Source: Octopus vulgaris (lineage: Eukaryota). From it: a DNA stretch of 64,000 bases. Position numbers and translations under genes: made by a program. Positions 13,945 through 28,539 of the stretch are shown in pieces. Where the stretch lies: assembly GCA_951406725.2 (NCBI GenBank), contig OX597826.1, positions 41,478,001 to 41,542,000 on the forward strand. The letters run 5' to 3'. Position 1 is the first letter of the stretch, and every line of letters begins with the position of its first letter. The notes beneath the pieces were generated by a model, which was not told the DNA's origin, made no database searches, and saw only the letters and a program-made list of their open reading frames with translations.

Positions 13945-14190
13945 TGCGCCCTTTTAAAGCCTAGCCAGGCTCATGGGCCCGGTTTCCCGGTTTCTATGGC
14001 GTATGTGTTCCCCAGCTGGATGGGACGCCAGTCCATCGCAACGTTACTCATTTTTGTCAGCTGAGTGGACTGGAGCAACGTGAAATGAAGTGTTTTGCTC
14101 AAGAACACAACGCGTCGCCCGGTCAAGGAATCAAAACCACAAACTTACGATAATGATGCTGACACCTTAACAACTAACCCACGCGCCTCC
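13945..14190 (-). mobile_element. tRNA-derived SINE related to family R
   Basis: Minus-strand head GGAGGCGCGTGGGTTAGTTGTTAAGG...TTTGATTCCTTGACCGGGCG, then GTTCTTGAGCAAAACACTTCA. The tail GGCCCGGTTTCCC is shared with 12100-12170, and it ends in (TTA)n. Confidence 0.75.
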
Positions 14191-14238
14191 ATACATACAG
14201 ATTTATTGAACAATAATATATATATATATGTGAGTGTG

Positions 14239-14341
<103 letters not shown>

Positions 14342-14513
14342 TGTATGTATATATGTATAATACCAACGCCTGAAATTTTGAACCCTGTAGTCACTTTATA
14401 TTATTAAGAAGAAATATATATATACTGATGCGTTGTGTTCTGCTTTCCTTTACGCATCACCGAACCTGTGTATGTATCCATGTATATATATGTATGTATG
14501 TATGTTCACACAA

Positions 14514-14555
<42 letters not shown>

Positions 14556-15042
14556 ATACACACACACACTCACAAACACACATAGACACTCACACACACA
14601 TACACACACACAATGGTTTTTATCCTATTGGTCTTTTTTGGTGAATCGCTAGACCACGAACGTAAACAAACCAACACCGGTTTTCAAGCGGCAGTAGAGC
14701 ACAAACATAGACAGAACCCCCCCCCCACACACGCACATACGGCACGGGGTTCTTTGAGTTTCTGTCTTGAATATCTACTTACAAGGCTTTGGTCAGCCGG
14801 GGGCAGTAGTAGGAAATACAACCACGTGGTACCACACAGTGGGACTGAACCCGTAGTTTTGGGAAGCAAGCATCTTACCACACTGCCCCACTTGGTCTTA
14901 CATGTATATGTATTCGAGGTCCAGAACTGTTCGATGTCCTAATGGGCTGTTATGACTGAACTGAGATTTGTAACCTTATAAACCTCTCTCTCCCCATGTA
15001 TATATATATATATATATATATACACAGACAGACAGACACACA

Positions 15043-15124
<82 letters not shown>

Positions 15125-15127
<3 letters not shown>

Positions 15128-15380
15128 GTAATTAGGGTAAAGTCATTTTTAATGATTTATCAGTGGATAGCAACCAAAATACCATAATGATTAATCTATA
15201 TTAAGATTGTAATAATGGTGTTGAATGATTACAACACCAGTCTGATAGACTGGTGTAATAGAAATAGACCCCAAATGGTCTAGGAACCACTTAAATTATT
15301 ACTCCACTAAGTGGTTTCTAGACCATTTGGGGCCTATTTCTAGCATACTGGTGTTGTAATCATCCAACAACCTTATAACT
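15125..15380 (-). mobile_element. (TA)n-anchored insert with structured terminus and imperfect fold-back
   Basis: TAGAAATAGACCCCAAATGGTCTAGGAACCACTTA (~15258-15292) pairs with TAAGTGGTTTCTAGACCATTTGGGGCCTATTTCTA (~15308-15342). Outer arms GATTACAACACCAGT / ACTGGTGTTGTAATC. Confidence 0.65.
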
Positions 15381-15394
15381 TTGACACACACACA

Positions 15395-15463
<69 letters not shown>

Positions 15464-16656
15464 GCACACACACACACATATAATTTAATGGACACAGTAC
15501 ATGTCTTTAAGTGCTACTAATAGTATCATATGTTGAGAAATATCTCTAACATATTCATCAGGCACAAGCCACCCCCCACACTCACACAGACACACACACA
15601 TTCGCATACATCAAACAACTCAGGTAGCCACAAGTCTCAAGCGGCCTTTCGCTCTTATAGTGACAGGCTCGAATTCTGTAAAAAAAAAAAGAAAATTGAA
15701 TAAAACCCAACGAACATAAACACTCAGGTATGCACACATATTTATACAGGTATGCACACATATTTATACAGGCATGCACACATATTCAAACATACATGCA
15801 TAACTACATATTCAGACAGACACATGTATATGTATATATACGTGCATACATACACACATACATGCATACATAGGTAGGTAGGTAGGTAGGTAGGTAGGTA
15901 GGTAGGTAGGTAGAGATGTGGTTACTGTTCACACTCACATACACACACGTGGACGCGGTTACCTGTCACACACATATATGCACACGTTAATACCGGTGTC
16001 AAAATTACGGCAGCTAATCTAATATCCTCTCCATTTAACCAGTTATAATTCTCCCCACGTGTTGCAAACAACGATCAATAATACTTTGGCTGTCTCTCAC
16101 GTGACAATTGTCGATGTTTCGCCACAGATCTACCTTTAATTGAGACTACGAAGGTGCCTGACATTGTTTCAGACCACAGGGCGTTGTTCGAGTGATACTT
16201 TATCTGTAATTTCTAGCATTTCGTTGGTTCATTGGGTACTTTCGTTGTTATTTCTAGCATTTAGTGATCTCTCGTTCAAATGGTGTTAGATCCGCCGCCG
16301 GACAAACACATAACCACTATTTTCGTAAGGTCGCTGCACTTTCGAGAACAAAAAAGTACATCTTGGGTAAAATCCAATCTCTAGAATTCCACGATGGCTG
16401 GCGTCAGTCGGAATCATTTCAGAAATGCTAAAAGGTTCGGTATGTTAGTTCTGTAAACAGTTTTATCTCTCAGAGCAAGGGTCTTCCCGAAAGGTCTGGA
16501 ACTTTTCCAGATTTATGAATTTTACTCAATAATTTTTGCCAACGCAGGCCACAAGTTTCCTGGAAACGTGGTACTTTCTTTTTTAATAATCTATTATAGA
16601 TAGTATTCTTATATTTTAGCATTATCCGGCGAAAGGCTATGGCCGAGGTCGAAACG

Positions 16657-16715
<59 letters not shown>

Positions 16716-17048
16716 GGCGCAGGAGCGGCTGTGTAGTAAGTAGCTTGCTTACCAACCACATGGTTCTGGATTCAGTCCCACTGTGTGGCACCTAGTGCAA
16801 GTGTCTTCTACTACTGTGAGTGGATTTGGTAGACGGAAACTGTATATGTTTGTGTGTCTGTGTTTGTCCCCCTAGCATTGCTTGACAACCGATGCTGATG
16901 TGTTTAGGCGCTCGTAACACAGCGGTTCGGCAAAAGAGGCCGATAGAATAAGTACTGGGCTTACAAAGAATAAGTCCTGGGTCAGTTTGTTCGACTAAAG
17001 GCGGTGCTCCAGCATGGCCGCCGTCAAATGACTGAAACAAATAAAAGA

Positions 17049-17050
<2 letters not shown>
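16716..17050 (+). mobile_element. tRNA-derived SINE family M, near full length; other copies at ~14620-14890, 20900-21060, 23320-23750, 24150-24295, 46905-47050, 48050-48265, 50060-50390, 51040-51430
   Basis: Head GGCGCAGGAGCGGCTGTGTAGTAAG...GGATTCAGTCCCAC, GCAAGTGTCTTCTACT core, internal (TG)n, tail CAGCATGGCCGCCGTCAAATGACTGAAAC. Confidence 0.85.
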
Positions 17051-17091
<41 letters not shown>

Positions 17092-17552
17092 GCTTGATAA
17101 TACTAAAACTCTATGGATGTTTATTTTCATACTTTCGGCAGTGTAGTACAAATTTTTGTGACATTTGGACCTCTTTTTAAACGATTAAACACAATTTTTT
17201 TTATTTCTTGACGAAAAAGATACATAGCTCCGTCACGTAAACACACATACACACCTACAGAATACACACACATATAATGAACATCATGGTGTGTCAGTCA
17301 TCACAAACACATGTCCGCTATACATGCACATAGTCTTCGCGCACTCTAAGAAAAAAAAATCCGTTGACTTTTTAACGTTCACAATATTTTAATCATTTAA
17401 AAATATTTTTAACTGAATGTGATTTCATCTTCCGGAGTTCGTTAATTTCCGTAAAAATTCTTTGTATTTCTTTACTTTTGCTTTAAAGTGAAAGAGAGTC
17501 GAAAGTGAAAGGTGTATATATGTGTATATGAAATGGACGTGTGCGTGTGTGA

Positions 17553-17587
<35 letters not shown>

Positions 17588-18065
17588 GAAAAAAGAGAGG
17601 AAGAGAAAAAGAGAGAGAGAAAGTGAGTGAAGGGGTATGCTATCATATATATGTACATACATCTATAAATTATGCTTACATTTTTTTTGTATGTACGTGT
17701 GCATGTGTATTTGTGTGTGTATGTGTGTGTGTGAGAGAGAGAGAGAGTGAGAGTGTGAGTGAACGTGTATATTCTCATGTATGTATAAGTTGCACACTCT
17801 TTCTCTCCCCTCCCCACACGTCCATTTCATATACACGTTCATACATCTTTGACTTTCTCCTCTCTTTCACTTAAAAAAAAAAGTAAAATGTGATTTTCAG
17901 GATAAAAATTGTTTTAAAAAAAGCTTCTACCCATGTAAATTGACTACTATTGTTTGGATAGTTCCACTTAAATAAGTCCAGAAGTTAGGTTAAATATATA
18001 TATACATGCTTAAGTACCATGAATTCCCATTCTAAAAAATGGCAAACTATTCCGCGAATACTTTA

Positions 18066-18092
18066 CCGGGTTACGCTGGGTAGTAAGTCTAG
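18066..18092 (+). mobile_element. Helitron-like 3' terminus
   Basis: CCGGGTTACGCTGGG hairpin followed by CTAG|T, resembling the terminus at 37574-37601. Confidence 0.5.
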
Positions 18093-18171
18093 TGTATGTA
18101 TATATTTATATATATATATATATATATTCTAGACTATATATATATGTACATATATATATATTCTAGACTAT

Positions 18172-18207
<36 letters not shown>

Positions 18208-18251
18208 CTAGACTATATATATATGTACATATATATATATTCTAGACTATA

Positions 18252-18350
<99 letters not shown>

Positions 18351-18447
18351 CATATATATATGTATATATACATGCATATAGATATATATGTGTGTGAGTG
18401 CATGTATGTATGTATGTATGTATCTATATATATCTATCTATCTATCT

Positions 18448-18500
<53 letters not shown>

Positions 18501-19140
18501 ACACACAGTTATATATATGTATGTGTGTATGCATGTATGTTTATCTTCACCTTACGTCACACTAACATATTTCAATTAGAAGTTAGGCTAACGGAGAGGT
18601 ACTATGCGGGAAATGTAGCTTATTTTCATTATTTGGCATGGATTACAGACATTGAACGTCTAAGAATATTCTATCTCTTGTAGATGCCAAATGATAACCT
18701 TATCAGACTTCTGCTTTTTACAAGCTCTAGCTATGAACACAATTGTAGCCAGATTTCCTATCAGGTACAAACAACAACAACAACAACAACAACACCATCC
18801 CCACCACTACTACCACCAGCACCAATAACTGCAAAAACAATCAGAAGAACTAGCAACATTAAAACCAAGTTACGACACTTTTCGTTTCGTGTTCAAATCA
18901 CGCCCAGGTCAATGTAGTCTTTTATCTTTCAAGGGTCGATAAATACCGGTTGGATACTAGAATCGTTTAATGAAATAACCTCTCACCAACTTCCCAGAAC
19001 GTGCAAAAAAATTAATAGAAATGACAAAATTTAATATCAATGAAATTATTTAATTATTTCCTTTTGGATTTGTGTTCACACGATTTCACTTAAAAAAATG
19101 AAAGAGCGAAAAACCAACATTTCCCCATTTTTCCCCCACT

Positions 19141-19215
<75 letters not shown>

Positions 19216-19276
19216 GTATGTATGTATGTATGTATGTATGTATGTATGTATGTATGTATGTATGTATGTATGTATG

Positions 19277-19324
<48 letters not shown>

Positions 19325-19379
19325 CATCCATCTATCTATCTATCTATCTATCCATCTAGCTAGCTATCTACCTACCTAT

Positions 19380-19740
19380 CGTAAAAAATCGAGTTACAGT
19401 CATTCTTCAGGTGATTGAAATATTTAACTTAGCGAAACCTCGCTAAGTTAAATATTTCAATCACCTGAAGAATGACTAACTCGAATTTTTACGAATTGGA
19501 CAGCCATGAAACGATCGTAGTGTTATACTAATTATCTTTTTTTAATAATTTTGATATATATTTAAAATAATATAAATTAATTAATCTTATGTATTGGCTT
19601 AAGTTTTTCATTGTATGATTTGCCCAATAGTGGTTTTATCTCTAATTTAATATAATATAATATTTTACTATAAAATTGGATTCAATCCTAAATCTGATTT
19701 TTCCCTGTAAGTTTGGATTTATTCCCTAATATCTTATAAT
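19380..19740 (+). mobile_element. Family D insert with 55-bp 5' fold-back and hammerhead-like motif
   Basis: Arms 19380-19435 and 19440-19493. CTGAAGA-ATGACT...AGCCAT-GAAA-CGATC at 19465-19516. The 3' part is homologous to 10335-10535. Confidence 0.7.
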
Positions 19741-21089
19741 GTATATATATATATATATACACGTACACATAAATGTATATGCATACGCGCGCACACACAC
19801 ACATATCTATATGCATATACTATTTTACTGAAGCAGTAAAAGAACCCCACAAATTATTACTCAGAGTTTTACTTTACTGTTCAAGAGATAGTTTGGATGA
19901 AATTCTGAGTAACAGTTTGTGAAGTTTTTCGGCTTCAATTAAACAGCACATTACTCTACCTTTGGTATTCGAGTACTATTTTCTCTATTTTGTTTTGCAC
20001 CTATGTGCTTGTATGTATGTATGTATGTATGTATGTATGTATGTATGTATGTATGTATGTATGTATGTATGTATGTATGTATGTATGTATGTATGTATGC
20101 AGGTAAGTAGCTATTTATGGAGATATGTGTGCAGATGGGCATGTATGTATATATGTACGTATATGAAAACACATTAGTTTTTGTGAACTCAATGTATTTT
20201 CATAACTACTATCTTTTCTACATTCGACACATCAGCGCTTCGCCATAAAGTCCCAGTACTGATGCGATTCCAGAAAATGTGCAGAATTTGAACTCGGCAT
20301 GCCATATCTTGAGCCCCTCTCCATCACTCCGCAATTACAAGATTTTACTTATGCGGATGTTATTTTTTTTGACCGACAAAAACAGACAAAAAATAAACCC
20401 CTTCACCTTTTGCCATCTTCCTGTTCTTCCGCTATAAATTCATGAGGTGAGTTACTTTTTCTCACTCTTTTGAGGTGGGTGGATATTCATTAAAAAGAAA
20501 AAAAGGAAACAAGAAAATAAACAAATTAATAAACAAACAAACAACTAACAAAAAAAACAAAACTACAAAACAACGACATACCGATAGTATAGATCGACCA
20601 GAGCAACAAGACGTATTAGCTTCAAACAACGATTACAACCAGATTATCATATTTTCAAGATTAAAATGTTGATTGACAAGGATTACATAATTAAAGTCTT
20701 GTTTATCCTGAGCAGATAATACGAGTAGAATTAAGCACAATGTTTTCACCTTATTGTCTCGATTTGATAGACTAGAGGCAATGTTTTAGGGATAACGTCA
20801 AAACCGTTGAAAATGATATGAATTTACCTGTGTTTCCCCTTTTCACAGGTAGTATGGATGACAGTGTTAAAAATTGAATGGTTGTAAATATCCGAATTTA
20901 GGGAACATAGCATGGTTATTTGGTTAAGAAGTTCGTTTCGTAACCGCGTGGTATGAGGTTCAGTTCCACTGCGAGGTATTTTGTGCAGACGTCTTCCGTT
21001 ATAGGCCTGGTCGACCAATAAATACATTGTAGGTGAAACTGGTATACGAAATTAATACCAAAGTTCGTCGTCTACATATATATAGACGC

Positions 21090-21127
<38 letters not shown>

Positions 21128-21459
21128 CAAATATGGGGCAAGAACACAAAACATCCAGACATATCATACAAAGAAAACAAGGACGGGTCATTCGGAGTTT
21201 TCTTTCCTCAGTCGAGTTCCAGATTATCTTTGCAATTTCGGCTGGTGATAATCGAGATTGCTCCAATCTAGCCAGTCCCAAGGAAAAACTAAGCGAAGAG
21301 CACTAGATTCCTTGGAAGAAAGCAGCGGATGTATACGAATACAAGGACGGAAAAAACAGAGAAACGGTACACAAATGCAAATAACAGGACATTAACAACA
21401 GGTGTCTTTCGACTAAGGACGAATTACCCCAAAAGATTAGCGGTTTGCTCTCAGATATT

Positions 21460-21630
21460 CACCGCTTTTAGTCGAGCAAGTCGACCCCACAACTTATTCT
21501 TTGTAAGCCTAGAACTTATTCTATCGGTCTTCTTTGCCGAACTGCTAAGTTATGGGGACGTAAACACACCACCATCAGTTGTCAAATGATCTTGGGGGAC
21601 AAATACAGACATACAAACATGAACACACAT

Positions 21631-21713
<83 letters not shown>

Positions 21714-22225
21714 CGACTGGCTTCTTTCAGTTTCCGTCTACCAAATCCACTCACGAAGCTATAGTAGAAGACACTTGCCTAAAGTTCCACGCAGTGGGAC
21801 TGAACCCGTAAACATGTGGTTGGTAAGCATGCTACTTACCACAGAGCCTGCGGCTATATATTCTTTTATTCTTTTACTTGTTTCAGTCATTTGACTGCGG
21901 TCATGCTGGAGGACCGCCTTTAGTTGAAGAAATCGATCTCCAGACTTATTCTTTGTAAGCCTAGTACTTATTCTATCGGTATATTCTGACGAACCGCTAA
22001 GTTACGGCGACGTAAACATACCAACATCGGTTGTCAAGCAATGGTGGGGTGACAAGTACAGATACACACGCACGTGCGTGTGCGTGCGTGCACACACACA
22101 CATATATACGACGAGCTTCTTTCAGTTTCCGTCTACCAAATCCATCCACAAGTCTTTGGTCGTCCCGAGGCTATAGTAGAAAACACTTGGCTAAGGTGTC
22201 ACGCTGTGGGACTGAACACGGAACC
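21460..22225 (-). mobile_element. Two tandem family M SINE copies
   Basis: Two successive minus-strand copies of the 16716-17050 consensus, each with an internal (CA)n. Confidence 0.8.
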
Positions 22226-23259
22226 ATCCACATATGTATACATTCACACACACACACACACACACACATACACACACACACACACACACACATACACACA
22301 CACGCACGCACGCACACATATGTCAAAGTAATCTCTAATGGAATTCAGTAAAAACGTTTTCAGACACTAACCATTGTTTCATTGAAATTAACGTGAAACT
22401 TGACATTGTGAATATTTGGCAATTTGGAAGTAATTAAGATGATATTTACTAATTCCCAATTACTAAGGCATTGAAATATTTTTGATTGTTGTTGCTTGAT
22501 ATTTACTTGATATGTTTACTTCCATCATAAACATTCTTCTATTTGGCATATTTTTTAGAACTCAGTACATTCTACAGAATTTTGGTGAGATTTTAAAACA
22601 ATGTGGCTTTGTGTTACAATAATCTATGTCTGTTAGTCACAAGTGTCTAAATTAAACGACATTTCTAGGTTCTTCTCAAATATTTTTCATGTTATTTGTA
22701 CAAAAGAGAAAAACACACAAAATCCATATTTTAGAAATCTTAGTATCATTAAATCCTTTTTTGAAATTTAGAGTATTTTTCAAACAAATAGTTACAAATT
22801 CTTCATAAATACTATGGTCTGAGTTTGAAGTTAAACTCATCGGGTCACTCGTCTTTAATTCTTTTTGATACGGATTATACAAAACCGTCTCAGTTAAATA
22901 CTTCCATCAATGTTCCATCTTAATTTATGTTATAAGCACCAGCTTAACAAGGACAAAGTTATCGTACTAAATTGTTCATTATTTAAAAAATTAATTGAAA
23001 CTAAGACAGTGTATTTCAATAGAAAATGGCAAGAAAGGTTTAGTATGAAAAAAAAAAAATGGCCCTTTAGCTGACACTAAAATGTATTAAAGCGCAATGT
23101 TTATTAGTGTGTGGAATCATATTTGCCAAGCAGAGTTATCCACAACACTAATTTAAATTTTGAAATAAACATGTTTGCAATAATTTAATTTCAATCATTT
23201 TTTTAATATTAAATGCCGGCATGTAATGCCCCATGCAGTTCATTTAGGTATTTTGTAAG

Positions 23260-23323
<64 letters not shown>

Positions 23324-23756
23324 ATTTATGTACCTCTGTTTGTCCCCATCACCATAGCTCGACAGCCGATGTTGGTGTACTTACGTCCCCGTAACTTAGC
23401 GGTTCGGCAAAAAAGGCCGGTAGAATAAGTCCTGGGGTCGATTTGTTCGACTGAAGGTGGTGCTCCAGCATGGCCACAGTCAAAAGAACATACACACACA
23501 CACATAAAAAATATATATATTCTTTATTCTTTTACTTGTTCCAGTCATTTGACTGCGGCCATGCTGGATCATCGCCTTCGATTTTAGTCGAACAACTCAA
23601 CCCCAGGACTTTTTGTAGTCTTGTACTTATTCCATCGTTCTCTTTTGCCGAACTTCTAAAATACGTGATGTAAACACACCAACACCGGTTGTCAAGTGGT
23701 GATTGGTGGGGGTGGGGGTGGACCAACATAGACACACACACATACAAATATATATA

Positions 23757-23884
23757 TAGGGTGTCCCCAAAAAATGTATACACACCTTAAATAATTGTAA
23801 ATTTGTTATTCTTTGTAAGCCTAGTACTTATTCTATCGTTCTCTTTTGCCGAACCACTATGTGTATACATTTTTTTGAGACACC

Positions 23885-23888
<4 letters not shown>
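23757..23888. mobile_element. Tc1/mariner-type MITE with SINE-derived filler
   Basis: TIRs AGGGTGTCCCCAAAAAATGTATACACA / TGTGTATACATTTTTTTGAGACACCCTG in a TA context. Confidence 0.7.
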
Positions 23889-23932
<44 letters not shown>

Positions 23933-23934
<2 letters not shown>

Positions 23935-24142
23935 GGGAAGCTTTATGAAAATAAACAAAAGACGAAGGCAGGTGGAAAACAAACGAACAATTGTATTAGT
24001 ATGGCGCTCAGGAAATATAAATAAAACAAGTCTTTAACGTTTCGAGCCTACGCTCTTCAACAGAAAGATACACAGAGAGAGAAAAACACAGAAAGAAGGA
24101 GAGAAAAAAAAATGCGTGCAGTAGCTAACGAATCAACATGAT
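23933..24142 (-). mobile_element. Family B copy with hammerhead motif at 24031-24068
   Basis: Minus strand: tcttt-CTGTTGA-A-GAGC gtag GCTC-GAAA-CGTT-aaaga. (TA)n lies on both sides. Confidence 0.75.
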
Positions 24143-24303
24143 ATATATATATGACTGCTTTCCTTCAGTTTTCGTCTACCAAATCTACTCTCAAGGCCTT
24201 GGTCGACGCGAAGCTATAGTATAAGACACTTGGCCATGATGCCACGCAGTGAGACTGAACCCAGAACCAATCTCTCTTACCATATAGCCACGTCTACATG
24301 CAC

Positions 24304-24367
<64 letters not shown>

Positions 24368-24979
24368 GCGCATAGACCTACACATTCATATTCTCTCTCT
24401 CTCTCTCTCTCTCATACAAATATACTCTTTTGTAGGCACTTTTTTTTTTACAAACAAGCCCTCTCCTGACGGATATACGCACACATATACATAACAACAC
24501 TAAACAACTACAAAAGTAACCGCAAAAAAAAAACAAAATCAACAGCAATTAGCCAATCACCTCCACCATCACCGCCGTCAACAACAACAACAACAGCACC
24601 ACCACCAGGGACAAATGAAAAAAAAAAAAAAAAGCAAATGTCAAAAATATGTTTACTGAAGCAAATGTCTTCCTTCCTTTCTCCTCCGTCATCTCCCTTT
24701 CTTCCCTCCCTCATTTCTCCCCTTCCTCAACTCTCTCCTCCCTCATCTCTTCCCTGCCCTCCCTCATCTCCCCACTCCGCTTCCTCATTTCATCACTCTC
24801 CTCTCCCTTTCCGTCTCTCTTTTCACCTCCTCTTCTAATTTTCATCACACTACCCTCTCCCATCACTGGTGCTCCTCTCTTTACACTCCATTGATATTTT
24901 ACTTGTTACGTATTATGGACTAGCGAACAAGTAGCAGCAGGAGGCAGAGAGAAAGAGAGGGATAGAAAGAGAGGGATAG

Positions 24980-25021
<42 letters not shown>

Positions 25022-25270
25022 GGAAGAGAGGTGCAATTGTCGCTTTGCCCCATCAACCTGTTGTGTCTGACCGTTCAGTCCTTTGTACTGACAGTCGCAG
25101 GTGCTGGCCAATTGCTAAAACGTCTGTCAACAGCAACCATTGAAATTGTGTCTTTTCAGGAGCTCAAAGACACCCGGTTTCGTTTGTTGAAATTAGCAAA
25201 GATCATGATAATGAAAAACCTCTAATAGCTTTAACGCACGCACGCACACACACACACGCACACACACACT

Positions 25271-25309
<39 letters not shown>

Positions 25310-25482
25310 ACACACACACACACGGACGCGCACACACATACACAAGCGTGTATGTATTTGTTTACATACACAAATATATGTATATACATGTGTGTGTGTG
25401 TGTATGCAAATTCCATATGTATGTATAAATACATACATACATACACACACACATATATATATATACATATAAATGTAGTATG

Positions 25483-25522
<40 letters not shown>

Positions 25523-25599
25523 AATATATACATATATTTATATACGTGCAAATATATAGAGATGCACTTATATATATATATATTATAATACACACATGT

Positions 25600-25642
<43 letters not shown>

Positions 25643-26339
25643 TAATACTAGCAACATTGTAAACCACAATTTCAAGATCTATCAAAATGATATCTATTTT
25701 TTTCTTCCTTTTATTAAGAAAATGTTATTCTGAAAATGTTTAAAAGAAAATTTATTCTGCAATTATTAATTCCCAAAGCTAAAACTAAAGGAAATAAAAT
25801 AAAACAAATTTCGAAGTTAAATATAAAATTTTATTTATTTTACTTTATATTTCAGTCTTCCTGTAAATTTTTTTCCGTCCAACTTATATCCGTTTCCGGA
25901 TCAAGTTAAACATAATTGGTTATACTCCCGCTGTTTCTCCAATGTGGCATGGAAGCAAATATTTATACCGGAGAGAAATAGTGACGTCTGTGATACCGGA
26001 GATTGGTGAGTTGATAGTACAGCGGGCAGTCAGTTTACAAATCGTCAGTTCGAATGGCGAGAGCGGTAGCAGTGTTGCGTTGTGTCCATGATGTTGATAA
26101 TTTCATCTTTTATTTTGTTGTGAAATAAAATATGGCGAGGGATGAACAATTGAACGTCGTAAACAGTGGAACTACGTCGAAATTTGAAAGTAAAATGAAT
26201 GAATAAAAGATTGTGCTGTTGAGAGCTACTCATACTCCTCAGAGTATGATTAACAAAAAGAAAAGAACCCCCCCCCCCAAAAAAAAAACAGTAAAACAAC
26301 ACAAAATTGTTCAGATGATAATAGTAATAAAAATAATAA

Positions 26340-26723
26340 TCCTTTCTATTATAGGCACAAGGCCTGAAATTTTGGTGATTACATCGATCCCAGTGTTTCA
26401 CTGGTACTTAATTTATCGACCTCAAAAGGATGAAAGACAAAGTCGACCTCGGTGGAATTTGAATTCAGAACGTAGTGTCGGGCGAAATACCTATTTCTTT
26501 ACTACCCACAAGGGGCTAAACACATAGAGGACAAACAAGGACAGACACACGGATTAAGTCGATTACATCGACCCCAGTGCGTAACTGGTACTTAATTTAT
26601 CGACCCCGAAAGGATGAAAGGTAAAGTCGACCTCGGCGGAATTTGAACTCAGAACGTAACGGCAGACGAAATACCGCTAAGCATTTCGCCCAGCGTGCTA
26701 ACGATTCTGCCAGCTCGCCGCCT
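26340..26723 (-). mobile_element. Dimeric family N SINE
   Basis: One full copy followed by a headless copy, joined at AAGAAATAG|GTATTTCG. Confidence 0.8.
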
Positions 26724-26733
26724 TAATAATAAT

Positions 26734-27036
26734 GAGCAAAAGGGGCTGATTGCTACCTAACTCAGATACCAGGAAACCCCAAAATGGCAGAAATTCAAAA
26801 GATAGTGATCATGGGAACTGCTTATATCCTACGCAAAATACTTTCTATGTAATCTCAAATTTTAAAACAAACATAATTTTCGTTTTTTTTTTAGACATTC
26901 ACTAGTACAACACTAAATACAAAACCAAATATATGGCACACTAGGCATAACAACAACATGAACTTCCACCCTGTTGTCTCTTGAGGTCTCTGGGTGAGAC
27001 TTGGAGCCAACTTGTACAAATGTAAAGCAAAAGTCA

Positions 27037-27040
<4 letters not shown>
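26734..27040 (+). mobile_element. 3' end of an R4/Dong-clade non-LTR retrotransposon in a (TAA)n tract
   Basis: Encodes QKIVIMGTAYILRKILSM*, resembling the R4/Dong C-terminal QKxVxxGTAxILR motif. A short UTR follows, then (AAT)n; TAATAATAAT lies upstream. Confidence 0.7.
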
Positions 27041-27080
<40 letters not shown>

Positions 27081-27136
27081 TAATAATAATAATAATAATA
27101 ATAATGATAATAATAATAATAATGATAATAATAATG

Positions 27137-27167
<31 letters not shown>

Positions 27168-27802
27168 CAACAACAACAACAACAGCAACAACAACAACAA
27201 CGTCGTCGTCCTCATCCTTTCATTTGCGTTTTTGCCTATATATGGTTTGATGTCTGATATACCTCACCTTACACTCATGTAGAAAATGCAGAATGAATAA
27301 AGGTATACATAAATACATCCGTTACATATACACACACATACGCACACACACATACACGCCCATACTCACTCACACGCACACACACACTCACACATATATA
27401 TAGTCGCAAGGAGAAGAGTGAATTTAATATTCGTTGCAATTGTTTCTGTACAATTCCGTTTCTCATCACATCGTTCGTAAATAATTCTGTGTGAAAAGTT
27501 ACATAATATGTGTGGTTTAATTTATCGAAGTGGCACTTCATCAGACTAGACTTAGATTGTATCTATTTGCATTGTGCCAATCTTTTCATAGCTGAAGTAT
27601 AAAAATTGTTTAATAGTCAGGAGTTCGTGTCAAGCGCTGCGTTAAGAATATACCGATATTTTGCCCTATAAAAACTTACAGTACTGACTGCGAACATTAC
27701 TTGTATGTATGTATGTATGTATGTATGTATGTATGTATGTATGTATGTATGTATGTATGTATGTATGTATGTATGTATGTATGTATGTGTGTATGTATGT
27801 GT

Positions 27803-27856
<54 letters not shown>

Positions 27857-27859
<3 letters not shown>

Positions 27860-28293
27860 CGTCAGTAAAGTGACAGAGGGTACAATGTGGTATTCGCATT
27901 GTTAGAAATAAGAGTCAAAATGACTCATTAGCCACAAGAATACTATCTTAATAAGCCGAAAAAGCTCCCTACGGTCGCAGATATAACCATATCTCATGAT
28001 TTCGAATTGCAGAGCGTCTTAATTCTCGTCGGGGCCTCTTACGGCGCCTACGGTTAAGCTCAACTCATCTCGTCAACTTATAAGAAAAACCGTTGAAAAC
28101 TTGTGCTGAATTAAAATATGGTAGAAGTGAAAACTATAAATAATATGGGTGGCTTATTAGCAATTTAACAATCTAAAGGCAAATTTATAGACGTCACATA
28201 CTGGTACCACTTTGTACTCGCTGTTACTTTAGTGACGTCTATAAATTTGGCTTTAGGTTGTTGAATTGCTAATAAGCCACCCATATTATTTAT
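27857..28293 (-). mobile_element. (TA)n-anchored insert with hammerhead-like motif and ~61-bp fold-back
   Basis: Minus strand CCGACGA-GAATT...AATTC-GAAA at ~27995-28032. Inverted arms at ~28137-28197 and ~28232-28293. Confidence 0.6.
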
Positions 28294-28539
28294 ACACACA
28301 CATACTCACACACGTGTATGTAGATTTTCATCTGTTTTTAATTATTTAAATTTTTCCTCAGATGAAGGAGGTGGTTTCTAACAAAGATACAAAGCTCCAT
28401 TGTTGGAATGTAGATAATGAAAACGATGTCCCGTTTTAAACTTGAAAAAGTCTTACATATTTTTGCCGTTCCACTTACAGATTGTAATTGTAATGTGCGG
28501 GTTGGTTGAATTCTTTTTCTGAAAACCCTAGCTTATACA

